A stretch of 63,459 nt of DNA, the filler included, from Octopus bimaculoides (Eukaryota): assembly GCF_001194135.2 (NCBI RefSeq). It is 8 parts of 8 records of this genome, joined end to end, with 100 filler letters (N's around TTAATTAATTAA, not from the genome) between each part and the next. Parts side by side here need not be neighbours in the genome. Positions count along the whole stretch, not along the records: positions 38,816 to 41,543 come from NC_068989.1; positions 41,644 to 44,763 come from NW_026326656.1; positions 44,864 to 60,028 come from NC_068992.1; 5 more parts are not named here. One strand, 5' to 3'. Every line of letters starts with the position of its first letter. Positions within the stretch are counted from its first letter, which is position 1. Below, piece by piece: positions 39,936-51,724 of this stretch. Below the pieces are notes generated by a model. The model saw nothing but the letters and a program-made list of their open reading frames with translations. It was not told where the DNA came from and did not search any database. Both the position numbers and the translations under genes were made by a program.

Positions 39936-40095
39936 CTGTCTTCTTTTAGTTTCCGTCTACCAAATCCACTCAAAAGGCTTTGGTTGGCCCGATGCTATAG
40001 TAGAAGACACTTGCCCAAGGTGCCACACAGTGGGACTGAACCCGGAACCAAGTGGTTGGTAAGCAAGTTACTTATCACACAGCCACCATTGCGCT
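39726..40095 (-). mobile_element. SINE family C, full length (head, internal (TG)n, tail)
   Basis: Head GGCTGTGTGATAAGTAACTTGC..CCGGGTTCAGTCCCACTG, then (TG)n, then tail CATCGCTTGACAACCG...GGCGGTGCTCTAGCATGGCC. Confidence 0.88.
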
Positions 40096-40603
40096 TATAA
40101 ATAAGATCTAAATAAAATGTTATATTTTTATGATTGAATTTTTATTAGGAATTCTGTTAAAACATTGTTTAGACTAGAACAGAAGTAAAACCAATTTCAT
40201 TGCGCATGAAGTTTAACAACAGAATCTCGTATGGTCCCCTAAGGGTCATTGGGCCCCGGTCGTGAACCACTGGTTTAGTCGAACAAATCAACCCCAGTAC
40301 ATATCGTTTTTCCGGTTTCATACTTATTATATCATTTTCTTAAGCCGAACTGCAAAGATACGGGAATGTAAATAAACCAACACTCGTTATCAAGGGTTGC
40401 AGGGCGACAAGCACAGACACAAATATTTATTACGACAGGTATCAACATATTTTCCGTCTCTCACCTTCGCTTACAAGGCATTTGTCAGTCCGGAGCTTCA
40501 ATACACAGCACTTGCTCAAGGTGCCACGCAATGGGATCGAACCGAAAATGATATGACTGCCAAGAAAGTTTCGTAACCACATAACCATGCGTATGCTTAT
40601 ACA

Positions 40604-40980
40604 TTCCGTGGAACTACGTCGGTTACGACGACGAGGGTTCCAGTTGATCCGATCAACGGAACAGCCTGCTCGTGAAATTAAACGTGCAAGTGGCTGAGTA
40701 CTCCACAGACACATGTACCCTTAATGTAGTCCTTGGGGGAGATTCAGCGTGACACAGAGTGTGACAAGGCTGGCGCCTTTGAAATACAGGTACAAGAGAA
40801 ACAGGTAGAAAGAGGGAGAGAAAGTTGTGGTGAAAGAGTACAGCAGGGTTCACCACCAACCCCTGCCGGAGCTTTAGGTGTTTTCACTTAATAAACATTC
40901 ACAACGTTCAGTCTGGGAATCGAAACCGCGATCCTATGACCGCGAATCCGCTGCCCTAACCACTGGGCTATTGCACCTCC
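40604..40980 (-). mobile_element. SINE family D, near full length
   Basis: Reverse complement of the 39433 head at 40840-40980, continuing ~240 bp to the tail GGATCAACTGGAACCCTCGTCGTCGTAACCGAC. Confidence 0.85.
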
Positions 40981-41271
40981 ACTGCTTAAATATATATTTA
41001 TGGAGTGACGAAAGCAGTCGAACATCGCTGTGGGATATGGAATAATATTTTCATAATTGATACAGGATCATTGCGGAAACTTAGGTAAGTCAAACACGCA
41101 CTTGATTCCATACTTGGTGATAAGCCAATCAATAAGTTTCACGCTGATATGTTCAATATCCATAGTTCAATATGGCTGACTTTTAGTAAAAGATAAATTT
41201 TGTTAACCCCCAAAATTGTGATTGTCTTACTGGTTCGAATCCAGTCTGGAAACATATACCGCTGTAACGAC

Positions 41272-41412
41272 CAGTGGTTTGAAATTTTGGCACAATGTCA
41301 GCAATTTCGGTGGGTGGGGAGAGGACAAGTCGATTACGTCGACCTCAGTACGCAACTGGTACTTATTTTATCAACCACGAAAGGATGAAAGGCAAAGTCA
41401 ACCTCGGTGGTA
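41272..41412 (-). mobile_element. SINE family A, 3' half
   Basis: GGTACTTATTTTATCAACC..GAAAGGATGAAAGGCAAAGTCAACCTCGG. Confidence 0.8.
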
Positions 41413-42989
41413 TATTCGGCGTGTAAATATCACTCAAGTCATCTGCCGCCTCAAAAGCTTCGTACTTGCCGTGCCAACCAACGTAAGTCAATGACACACA
41501 ACTTCACTCATTCACTCTATCTCTCTTTCTCACCCTCTTTCTCNNNNNNNNNNNNNNNNNNNNNNNNNNNNNNNNNNNNNNNNNNNNTTAATTAATTAAN
41601 NNNNNNNNNNNNNNNNNNNNNNNNNNNNNNNNNNNNNNNNNNNGACATCCCCTTCAGGGGGAAATGTTGTGATCTTGGTCGCTTATATGCTATGGAAATT
41701 GGGTAACCAGTCTTATCAGTCATAAGGTTCAAGGAAATCTTTTTAAAAAAATGCAACAGCTGATCAAACGGACGATATATATATTTCGGGTAACTTTTAG
41801 TGGTGCAGTTCTATATTTAAGAAATGAGGAATTATGTACAGCTGGGGGGTACATTAACTGAAATGTTGTGTTAACAAGAAACAAGGTGAGGACAAATATC
41901 TGTCAAATGTAAATAATGTAACTTTTAGTGGTGTCCACTCTTTAGCAAGTCCAGTTCTCTGATTTGAGAACTTAATACCTGTAGGTGTTTTATTCCCTTC
42001 TCATCCCCTCCTCAAGAATTTTGGAAACCCTAGAAAAGCAGTTGACATCNNNNNNNNNNNNNNNNNATTAAATTTTAATGCCATTAAAAATAATTGGCTT
42101 CACCAGAAAGTTAATGATTTATATCTCTTCTGGAAGTGTGGTGAAGCTGGGGAGGAATATGAAGTCGGTCTTGGCAGCAAATAAACTCAGGAACTGGAGA
42201 GTTGGTGTTAAATGTTCAACTGACATCTTCACATGCACAATGAGTTATAATAGAAGTCCATTGATAGGAAGTGAGAGAAACCAGTTGAAAGGTTGCAGAT
42301 CATCCTGTTCTTAGTACCAAGCCCAGGACACCAAACTCACAACAGCCTTGTCCACTTAGAGCCAGAAAATTTACTGATTAGTGTGTGGTTAGCTCAAAGT
42401 ACTGAGCTTCATTTTTTCATCATCATCATCATCATNNNNNNNNNNNNNNNNNNNNNNNNNNNNNNNNNNNNNNNNNNNNNNNNNNNNNNNNNNNNNNNNN
42501 NNNNNNNNNNNNNNNNNNNNNNNNNNNNNNNNNNNNNNNNNNNNNNNNNNNNNNNNNNNNNNNNNNNNNNNNNNNNNNNNNNNNNNNNNNNNNNNNNNNN
42601 NNNNNNNNNNNNNNNNNNNNNNNNNNNNNNNNNNNNNNNNNNNNNNNNNNNNNNNNNNNNNNNNNNNNNNNNNNNNNNNNNNNNNNNNNNNNNNNNNNNN
42701 NNNNNNNNNNNNNNNNNNNNNNNNNNNNNNNNNNNNNNNNNNNNNNNNNNNNNNNNNNNNNNNNNNNNNNNNNNNNNNNNNNNNNNNNNNNNNNNNNNNN
42801 NNNNNNNNNNNNNNCTAGAGTAGAAAAGAATATAATCAACTTGCACCCTGCCCTTCAAAACATCTGGCCCTGGACCAACGTTTGAAACTGTTATGCTCAT
42901 CATTTTCATTAACATTTTTTTATCAATTTCATTTTCGTTATTCTCTTCCTCATCACTTTGTTAAATACAATTAATCATTCTTTTTAAAG

Positions 42990-43167
42990 GTACCTGTACT
43001 TTANNNNNNNNNNATAATCCTTCAAAATCATGGATAGGAAGGATTGGCATGGATGGCTCAAACTATCAACGTTTGATCACAGATGGTCTTGGCTCCCCAA
43101 CTGGTTTAACCATCGATTTTGAGAGTGAACGAATGTGGTGGGCAGATGCCCACTTTGATGCGATTGA
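42990..43167 (+). CDS. LDL-receptor-related protein (LRP1/LRP2-like) YWTD propeller exon A
   Basis: AG at 42988-89, GTAAGT at 43168; translates YLYF[10-N gap]NPSKSWIGRIGMDGSNYQRLITDGLGSPTGLTIDFESERMWWADAHFDAIE. The frame requires the placeholder gap to be 9 or 12 nt rather than 10. Not called in the ORF track. Confidence 0.92.
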
Positions 43168-43298
43168 GTAAGTATTCTTTGTTTGGAGTTNNNNNNNNNN
43201 NNNNNNNNNNNNNNNNNNNNNNNNNNNNNNNNNNNNNNNNNNNNNNNNNNNNNNNNNNNNNNNNNNNNNNNNNNNNNNNNNNNNNNNNNNNNNNNNNN

Positions 43299-43329
<31 letters not shown>

Positions 43330-43330
<1 letters not shown>

Positions 43331-43990
43331 GGGCCTTAAAGTTAATTTAGCAAAAAACAAAATCTTAGTAAGTAGGAAAGCAGACAAGTCACAAATTTTC
43401 TCAGGTAGATGGCCCTGTTCAATAAGTAGAAGAGGTGTGAGTAGAAATTCCATAAGGTGTACTCAGTGTAAGTTATGGACACATAAGAGGTGCAACAATA
43501 TCAGAGGAAGGTTAACAGGGAACCTATTTTTTGTGTGTGTTTGTGGAAGGTGCACAAGTACAGTAAACACGAGAAATGTACAGAAAATCCTGTCCATCAA
43601 ATGCCTGTGGGGATACCTAGAATTAATTGATAGCTTCTGTTATCTAGGTAACCAAGTCAGTAGCAGAGTTGGATGCTCTGAGAGCAAGGCTGCTAGACTA
43701 AGAATAAGCTGGGCAAAGTTCAGACAGTTTCTACTTTTGTTGGTAACTAAAGGCCTCTCCCCCAGAGTGAAAGGAAGACTGTATGATACCTGTGTATGAA
43801 CAGCTATACTATACTGCAATGAAATATGTGCNNNNNNNNNNGGCCTCTGAGGACATGTGTAGGCTTGAAAAAATGAAGCTAAATATAACAGACGGATGTG
43901 TGTGTGTGTACATTGAGGTTACTAAACGTAGTGGTCAGATGTGGAGNNNNNNNNNNATTGAGGTTACTAAACGTAGTGGTCAGATGTGGA
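43330..43990 (+). mobile_element. RTE-like LINE, RT C-terminal half with an embedded Cys/His finger
   Basis: GLKVNLAKNKIL...WPCSISRRGVSRNSIRCTQCKLWTHKRC...CGRC...IDSFCYLG...ARLRISWAKF...KGRLYDTCV; sits in the intron between the two LRP exons. Confidence 0.88.
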
Positions 43991-44423
43991 GTGTCACCAT
44001 ATGTCAAATGCAGGATGATACAGCATAACAACAGCATTGAAGAGGAAAAGAAAAATGTCCGTCCTCCACCACTATTTGAGGTAGTGAGCTGTGTTCACAA
44101 AATTGTTAACAGCAGACAAAATGCCTTGTGGTATTTCTTCTGGTTCCTTATATTCTGAGTTCAAATTCTAATGAGGTTGGCTTTGTCTTTCATTTGCAGT
44201 GTCAGTAATAATAAGTACCGGGTGAGCCCTGGNNNNNNNNNNTGTCTTTCATTTGCAGTGTCAGTAATAATAAGTACCGGGTGAGCCCTGGAGGTGGTGG
44301 GGTGTCAACGTAATTGTTTAACTGTCTTCTCTAAAATTGATGGCCTTCTACTATGACTCTTTGTCACTATACAACATTCCCACATGAAGCAGCCATTTGT
44401 TAATAATCATTTTGCTTTTGTAG

Positions 44424-44647
44424 ATATGCCAATTTGGATGGTACTAACAGACAAACAGTAATGAAAGAGAACGTACCATTCATTCACTCACTTGCAGTGT
44501 TTGAAGACTGGATCTACTGGACAGACTTGAATCACCTGAGCATAGAAAAAGCACATAAATTCACTGGACGTAACCATACTATTCTGCGGAATATGACTCA
44601 CCAACCAAGTAACCTTGTTGTGTTTCATTCATTACGACAAAAGCAAT
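44424..44647 (+). CDS. LRP1/LRP2-like YWTD propeller exon B
   Basis: TAG acceptor 44421-23, GTTAGT donor 44648; the phase-2 join with exon A gives GA|A; YANLDGTNRQTVMKENVPFIHSLAVFEDWIYWTDLNHLSIEKAHKFTGRNHTILRNMTHQPSNLVVFHSLRQKQ. Confidence 0.95.
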
Positions 44648-44863
44648 GTTAGTGTCTTATGGTATTTCCATGTTGCATGTTAATATGTTTTATCTTTCTT
44701 TTATCATATACTAGTTTCAGTCATTAGACTGTGGCCATGCTGGGGCACAACCTTGAAGAATTTNNNNNNNNNNNNNNNNNNNNNNNNNNNNNNNNNNNNN
44801 NNNNNNNTTAATTAATTAANNNNNNNNNNNNNNNNNNNNNNNNNNNNNNNNNNNNNNNNNNNN

Positions 44864-44990
44864 AGATAAACCTGTCGCCTAGCTTCCCTTCTGGCAGATT
44901 GGTACAATTCCCTGCTACCACCGTTCTTCCAGTCCTTCCAAGCCTGTTTCTTTTGTCTAATAGCCCTGTCTACCTCCTTGTTCCACCACC
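44864..44990 (-). mobile_element. RTE-like LINE fragment (endonuclease-RT linker)
   Basis: WWNKEVDRAIRQKKQAWKDWKNGGSRELYQSARREARRQVY. Confidence 0.85.
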
Positions 44991-45241
44991 ACGTATGTAC
45001 GTATGTATGTATGTATGCTTGCATGCATGCATGTATGTATGTATGTATGTATGTATGTATGTATGTATGTGTGTATGTAGTGTTTAGGTGTATCCTTCTT
45101 CTATCATTTTCTGCTGTTTGTGGGATAATTTATGAAACACTTCCCATATTTCATTGACACAAGTAAGTTGTTGTTGTGTAGCTTTTATTTCTTCTTAATT
45201 ACAAAACAATTTAATTATATATTTTTCATTGGGAACAACTA

Positions 45242-45283
<42 letters not shown>

Positions 45284-46039
45284 NNNNNNNNNNNNNNNNN
45301 NNNNNNNNNNNNNNNNNNNNNNNNNNNNNNNNNNNNNNNNNNNNNNNNNNNNNNNNNNNNNTGATATTACATTAAAACTGCTGTCATTATTTACCATGGT
45401 CTTCATTCAAAACAAATCTAATGGAATATAAATATTACATTTAGCAGCAGCAGCAGCAGCAGAAGTAGCACCAACAGGGTGTAGCCAACATTACATACAC
45501 ACATGTGTGTGTACGTGTGCGTGTGTGTGCTTGCGCGCGCGCGAGCACGCACGTACACGCATACACAAACACACAACCTGAAGTTGTTGTAGTCAGGCCT
45601 GATTTTATGGCAAAGAATTGACCCAATCCATCAATCAATGTTATATTTGCTTCACCTGAACTGTTTTATATGTATGTGTGTATATATATACATGGTAAAT
45701 GAAAGGTGGAAGATATATAAATACATATGCATGCGTGTGTGTGTGTACTCAAATCAGTGACCATAATCTTCTGTTGTTGTTTGTAGTGGTGGTGGTGGTG
45801 GTGGTGGTGGTGATGTTCTCATTTTTGTTTTATGTTGAGTAACGACAGGTAACACTGCTTCAATAAACAGCTGACACAGAATTAACCAATCAAAAACTTA
45901 GAAGTCACTCATAACACCTACACATTTCATATACCAGAATTCACTGTATTAATAGTTTCAAACACCATTTATCATCATCATCAATATCACCACCACTACC
46001 ACCACCACCACCACCACCACTGCCACCCCTGTTACCATT

Positions 46040-46860
46040 ACTCCCTTCTCTTCGTAACAAATGTCTCTACCTTGATGCTGCTGGTACCACATGAAAAGTA
46101 CCCAGTTCACTCTGTAAAGTACTTAATGTTAGGAAGGGTATCCAACCATAAAAAACTATACCAAAACAGATAGTGGGGCTTGGTTCAGTCTTCTTGACTT
46201 CAGAATTAAAGCTAGAGAGGCTCAGAGAGATAAACCACATGTGAAAAGAAGATTATGGAAGCTCAAAGATCCAGCAAGCCAACAAAAATTTAGAAACATT
46301 TAACTGAAAGCCTATGAGGATAGAGAAGAGGAGGAGGAGGAGGAGGAGGAAGAAAGGACAAATAGCTTAGAGGACAACCGGAAGTTCCTGTGGGACAATT
46401 TATTGGGTGCCACTAACTAAATCTCCATTATAGGAAGACAGCTGTTTCTACCTCTCTGTCTCTTTGTCAAACTCAAACCTTTCATCTTCTGACATAAGTT
46501 ACCCTCTTCAAATGCCCCTACACCTCTCATAATTCCTTGTCTTGCGAGTTACTTGGTAACTCTGCCAGTGCTGGTGCCACATGAAAAGCATCCAGTCCAC
46601 ACTGTAAAGTGGTTGGCATTTGGAAGGGCATCCAGTTGTAAAAATCATGCCAAAACTAATCCCACCTATGCTACTGGTGCCATGTAAAAAGCACTGAATC
46701 CACTCTGCAGAGTGGTTGGTGTTAGGAAGGGCATCTAGCCATAAAAACCCTGCCAAAACAGACACAAAAAGCTTAGGGTAGTTTTTCTACCTGACCACGT
46801 CCTGTCAACCATCCTACTCATGCATGCATGGAAGATGGATGTTAAATGATAATAATGATA

Positions 46861-46905
<45 letters not shown>

Positions 46906-47050
46906 TTTGTGTCAGGAGCTGGCAAGTTGGAGAGCTGTACTATGCTCCAGTTATCTATTTTGGCATGGTTCCTATGGCTGGATACCCTTCTTGGTGCCAA
47001 CCACTTTATAGTGTGTATTGGGTGCTTTTTACTTGGCACCAGCACAGGCG
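46040..47050. mobile_element. Cluster of LINE pieces: ORF remnant 46200-46420 (+), 3' UTR-like ~85-bp repeats with ATG/ATA-type tail 46480-46865 (+), inverted piece 46905-47050 (-)
   Basis: RRLWKLKDPASQQKF; repeated GTGGTTGG.(A/G)TT(T/A)GGAAGGGCATC motif at ~46120, ~46610 and ~46715, with its reverse complement near 46980 and 54410. Confidence 0.7.
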
Positions 47051-47385
47051 TTTTTTACATGGTACAAATTTGGTATTTCATAATTTTGTGTTCAAATCCA
47101 GCTAGAGCTGGCTTTAGTAAAGGTGACTTTGGGCCTCATCATATGAATGGACTTCTGTTTGATGCTGACTCACCATCTTATGTCTCCTTGTCATGCCTAG
47201 ATCTCTTCTCTATTCCAAAATCTTTGTTACATCTCCAGAAGACACTCCAAGGGATGAAAGTGATTTTATTTCCTTCGTACAACCATGTAAATGTTTAGAA
47301 CAAGGAGATTCTTTTGAAATTTACTTGTTACATATTGCTGAAAAACTTTCCAAAAGACTGAGTATTTTTTGTGTCTTTATTGTAG

Positions 47386-47590
47386 GTGGGCCCCAGGAGA
47401 ATGGTCAGAGTGCAGTTTGACCTGTGGAGAAGGACAAATGACACGGCAAGTGGAATGCAAGCAGAAATATTCTAAAACATTTTTCAAAAGAGTTTCTGCA
47501 TCAGCATGCCTGAACCAAACTCGTTTGATAACTGTGAAAAAATGTCAGAATAAACCCTGTTCACAATGGGAAATTAAAGAATGGTCAAAG
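47386..47590 (+). CDS. THSD4: ADAMTS-like protein (THSD4/ADAMTSL4/6 type), TSP1 exon 1 of 6 in the window
   Basis: AG|G acceptor, GTAATT donor; WAPGEWSECSLTCGEGQMTRQVECKQ...CQNKPCSQWEIKEWSK; phase 2 start, phase 0 end. Confidence 0.93.
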
Positions 47591-47862
47591 GTAATTTATA
47601 AGTAATCTTTTAAGAGCTATTTGTTGACTAACACCAAAATATAAATGTATTCTGATGGTATTAAATCATATTAGCAAGATAAAAGTTTGAGAAGGTCAAT
47701 GAAACTAAAATCTGGCCAGGCCATACATTCTTCAAAAACATATCCTGCATGTAGTTTTTTTGTCATATGAACTAGCCAGACAATTTTACGTTGTCCTTTA
47801 TTTTGTAAAGTTGTGTTTATATGTGCAACAATGTTTTGATCCGACATTTTCTATAATTCCAG

Positions 47863-48033
47863 TGTTCAGTTGAGTGTGGTCTTGGACAACGTAGTCGAAA
47901 AGTGACATGTGTGTCAGCTGATGGCAGAGTAATTCCTGACTATGAATGCCGTGAAACCAAACCTTCAGTTTCAGAAGTTTGCAATATGGGCTCCTGCGCC
48001 AAATCTTGGTTTTTCACAGAATGGTCAAAAGAG
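47863..48033 (+). CDS. THSD4: THSD4-like TSP1 exon 2
   Basis: 171 nt, CAG|...|GTGAGA; CSVECGLGQRSRKVTCVSADGRVIPDYECRETKPSVSEVCNMGSCAKSWFFTEWSKE, close to the vertebrate THSD4 stretch CxMGPCAKSWFLTEWSERC as recalled. Not called in the ORF track. Confidence 0.95.
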
Positions 48034-48639
48034 GTGAGAACTTTCCACTTTCTTCTCTGACAAAGATATTTTGCATATATCACACTCACATCTCCAGTTA
48101 CTCAACACCAGAGCTGGCTCAAGGCACCAGCAACTTGGGCAGTCACTTGAAGTGCCATGTGCTAGTGGGTGCCAAGGAGAGCATGACAAAGACATGGAAA
48201 TTTCCATGACTGTCAGCTTGTACACACCGATGTTCAGCCAGCAACCCTAGGACCAGCCCTGCCCAACACACTCCACTCACCACACTTCACTTACTCATTT
48301 TGTACTCCACTCACCCAGTACACATGCCACTCACTCACACACAGTACTCACCCACACATTGTTCACTCACTCAACATACACTCTACTCCCTTACCACTCA
48401 TGCCGTATATATGTATAAATGCCTTTTAATTGCTATGTTTAGATGAAGGCATAATGCCCACAATCTCCTTTACAAGTTCTCACAGACTGGTAAAATTTCT
48501 GCCCTTAATGTCCTCAGACATTTTTAAGACAATCTCTGTGGGAAAGATATGAACAACAATGGAATTCCAAATGGTCAACACTTAGAGAAAGAAGAACTAG
48601 GCATAGGGATTAGTATAGGGCCTTGAGAGGTCGATCACT

Positions 48640-49100
48640 TTAAGGGTGATGAATGGAGATGGGATGTAATGTATCTATCAGAGATCCAAGAAAAGCCATT
48701 CCTTCTGTCAATGCTGTTGTTATCCTTCAGCTTATGGAATATGTACTCATGCATTGCTTTTGGCTGATATGCCGCCTGCTTTACCTTCAAACTTCTGTTC
48801 TGATAATCCAGTCAAGCCTCCTTTGAATCGCATGAGACAGTTGTATTCTAAGAGTACCGGCTCAATAGTTCTTCTCCAGCTCTGAAGATGCTTTTGCTCT
48901 CACATTTGAGCATGTATTCCTTTCTTCACTGTTCATTTGTGACATTCAAAGGCTGTTTGGACTGACTTTATGCCTCTACCACCATCATTTCATCTCACGT
49001 AGATCCTATTGGTGTCACTGTTGATGTAGAAATTGCCAATGGTTATCAGTACCTTTCTGGTTTTGATGTCTAGGCTGCATATCTCATCAAGTGTCCATCA
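48640..49100 (-). mobile_element. Non-LTR retrotransposon remnant (R4/Dong- or RTEX-like RT C-terminal region)
   Basis: WTLDEICSLDIKTRKVLITIGNFYINSDTNRIYVR*NDGGRGIKSVQ matches WTxxELxxLDRKTRKxLT...SDxDRLYxPRxxGGRG. Confidence 0.8.
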
Positions 49101-49204
49101 AGTGTGTATAAAGAATAGATTTGTATTTAAGTTGTTGTGCGTGTACGTATGTGTGAGTGTGCGTTTGAGAGAGAGAGAGAAAGTGTGTGTGTGTGTATGT
49201 TTGT

Positions 49205-49568
49205 GTGTGTGGTTGACTAAATTTCTGTCTCCGTGTCTATCTGGTTGTACCAATGACAGTTACAAAATAGTTTCTATGCTTGGATCAAGGGAGGTAACTT
49301 AAATTTGAGAGTTTTACGTGTTCTAGGATTAACAGGCGTGTGTGTGTATGTGTGTGTGTGCGTGTGCATGTGTGTGTGTGTGTGTGTGTGCTTGTTTGTG
49401 TGTGAGCGTGTTTGTGTGTGAGCGTGTGTGTGTGGTTGCCTAAACATCTGTCCATTTGTCTCCTTGTCTACCTGGCTGTACCTGTGACAGTTACAGAACA
49501 GTTTCTATGATTGGAGCAAGGGAGATGACTTTAATTTGAGATTTTTATGCGATTTAGGATTAACAGGA

Positions 49569-49616
<48 letters not shown>

Positions 49617-49805
49617 GTGTGTGAGCGTGTTTGTGTGTGAGCGTGTGTGTGTGGTTGCCTAAACCTCTGTCCATTTGTCCCCTTGTCTACCTGGTTGTAC
49701 CTGTGACAGTTACAGAACAGTTTCTATGATCGGAGCAAGGAAGATGACTTTAATTTGAGATTTTTATGTGATTTAGGATTAACAGGAATGTGTGTGTGTG
49801 TGTGT
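49205..49805. repeat. Three-copy ~220-bp tandem repeat with embedded (GT)n
   Basis: Unit anchor GGTTG at 49211, 49434 and 49653; each unit ends TTTAGGATTAACAGG or a close variant. Confidence 0.92.
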
Positions 49806-50466
49806 GTGCGTTTATCTGTTTAGTATCTACTGTTGGAAAAAAATCGTAATTTCCCTGAAATAAAGATAGACCCAAGAATATTACACCATTATCAGGAAAA
49901 AGGTAAAATTCAGAGAAACAAAAGCTCGACTAAACTTAACTTGCAACTTTGCAGTTGTTTCAGCTGGTGTCTAGAGCCATCATCATGGTTTGCCTTTTTA
50001 TTTTCTTTCTTGATGCTGTTGATATGTCTGAAAGAGAAATAAAAAAAAGTTGATATTTTGTACATATCCTGTAAGTTTAGGGTTAGGTTATCTTCCATGT
50101 GTGGCCCACTAAAAGATGTGTTCACAAAGACCTGGTGTATCCTGTACAATCAGGACATTCAGTGGTTTTGTAGTTAGAGGTTTTCACTTTGCTAAGGAAA
50201 TCTAATAAAATGTAATCACTTTCATTGTTTTATCAATCATTGGACTGTGACTATACTGGGGCATCATTTTCAAGAGTTCAGTCAACCTCATTAATCTCAC
50301 ATAATTCTCTCCTTTATGGGAGAAGGGTCTTACAAAGCTCATGGATGCTGTCTCTTCACTTTTCAGTAATCAATTTAACAAATTGAAGTCTTTTAATTGC
50401 AGCACTCTATCTTCTACGCTTCTGTAGTATTATTACTTATACGTCTTTTATTTCTGTATTGTTTAG

Positions 50467-50640
50467 TGTTCCTCTTCCTGTGGTCATGGAGTCCTTCGAC
50501 GTCAAGTTCACTGTTCAGCTGATGATGGTAGCAACTTGGAAGACAGCAAATGTAAATTAAGTGAGAAACCAAAGTCAGAGAAGTCTTGTAAGAGTGACCA
50601 GCCTTGTGGTGGTTTATGGTTCACAGGGCCATGGTCTGAG
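50467..50640 (+). CDS. THSD4: THSD4-like TSP1 exon 3
   Basis: 174 nt, TAG|...|GTCAGT; CSSSCGHGVLRRQVHCSADDGSNLEDSKCKLSEKPKSEKSCKSDQPCGGLWFTGPWSE. Confidence 0.95.
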
Positions 50641-50729
50641 GTCAGTATTCAAAATTTACTAATAATACCAATAATAATAATAATAATGATGATAATAATA
50701 ATAATAATAATAATGATAATAATAATAAT

Positions 50730-51260
50730 TCTTTCTTTATTGGCCACCATGGCTGAACACAAAACATAGAGGACGATACACAGGTGAGGGACAGTGAGGT
50801 TTAAATGTGTAAGCAGTCAACAAACACAACGATTAACAAAGAGATTAAAACAACAATATGCTTCCCCAATAGGAGGGAGTTCCACCATAAGGTGACCAAA
50901 AAGACTTCATGCACTTTGGACCCCTTAACACCAATGGCTCCATGAAAGGTACCCTCTCTTCTCAGTTCCATCCAGCCTGCAGGTGCACACTTAGCGTAGG
51001 CCTATTCACGTGGGCCATTCTTGCCACATTCACCCACCTTTCAACGAACTCCCTCTCCAGCCTCACTTTCCTTTTCAGGGGGAACCTGAAAAAGTTAATG
51101 AGGCCTTGGCCAAAGAGGAGGGTACCCGTCTTCAACCCTTTCAATCACATCCACCACACAACCTCTTTTGCCATAGCCACCAGACAGAGAAAAATTGCCC
51201 TCCCTTCTCAGCCAAAGGAAGGAGGTGGGGCGATCAGTAATAATCCTTTCTGCTATGGTT
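50730..51260 (-). mobile_element. Probable L1/Tx1-like LINE 3' end
   Basis: Minus strand LFGQGLINFFRFPLKRKVRLEREFVERWVNVARM, then AATAAA (50741-50736) directly followed by a (TTA)n tract; clade assignment is by recollection only. Confidence 0.5.
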
Positions 51261-51421
51261 ATAAAACAGGTATAAAACAATCTCAACTAACCAACATGGA
51301 AGAAAAAACATAGAAATTGTAAAAAGTTTATTGAGAATTAAGAAAGTAAACTAACTTCCAGAATTATTTGTGATTTTCCTTCATGTTACAATTTTTGGAG
51401 AATTTTATTGTTCTGTTGCAG

Positions 51422-51607
51422 TGCTCTGCCACTTGTGGTCAAGCCTTTAAGATACGCAGTGCTGCATGTGTCAAAAAGTTGCATTCTACATCATTTGTTG
51501 TGGTTAGTCCAAATAACTGCGTGAAGAAAGACAAACCAGCAACAAAAGAACCCTGTCTTACAATGCCAGCATGTCCTGCCCAATGGCATATGACAGAATG
51601 GACACAG
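51422..51607 (+). CDS. THSD4: THSD4-like TSP1 exon 4
   Basis: 186 nt, CAG|...|GTATTA; CSATCGQAFKIRSAACVKKLHSTSFVVVSPNNCVKKDKPATKEPCLTMPACPAQWHMTEWTQ. Confidence 0.95.
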
Positions 51608-51689
51608 GTATTACGGCTTTCCACTCATTTTATCCTCATCTCTTCTTCACCTCCATATTCTCATATCATCTCTCTCTCTCTCTCTCTCT

Positions 51690-51724
<35 letters not shown>

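Noticed and set aside
43914-44290. Direct repeats across 10-N gaps (43914-43946 vs 43957-43989; ~44186-44232 vs 44243-44290)
   Set aside because: Unmerged contig overlaps, i.e. assembly artefact rather than biological duplication.
44424-47590. Direct LRP-TSP1 fusion protein
   Set aside because: Splice phases are incompatible (1 versus 2) and a synthetic linker gap lies between them.
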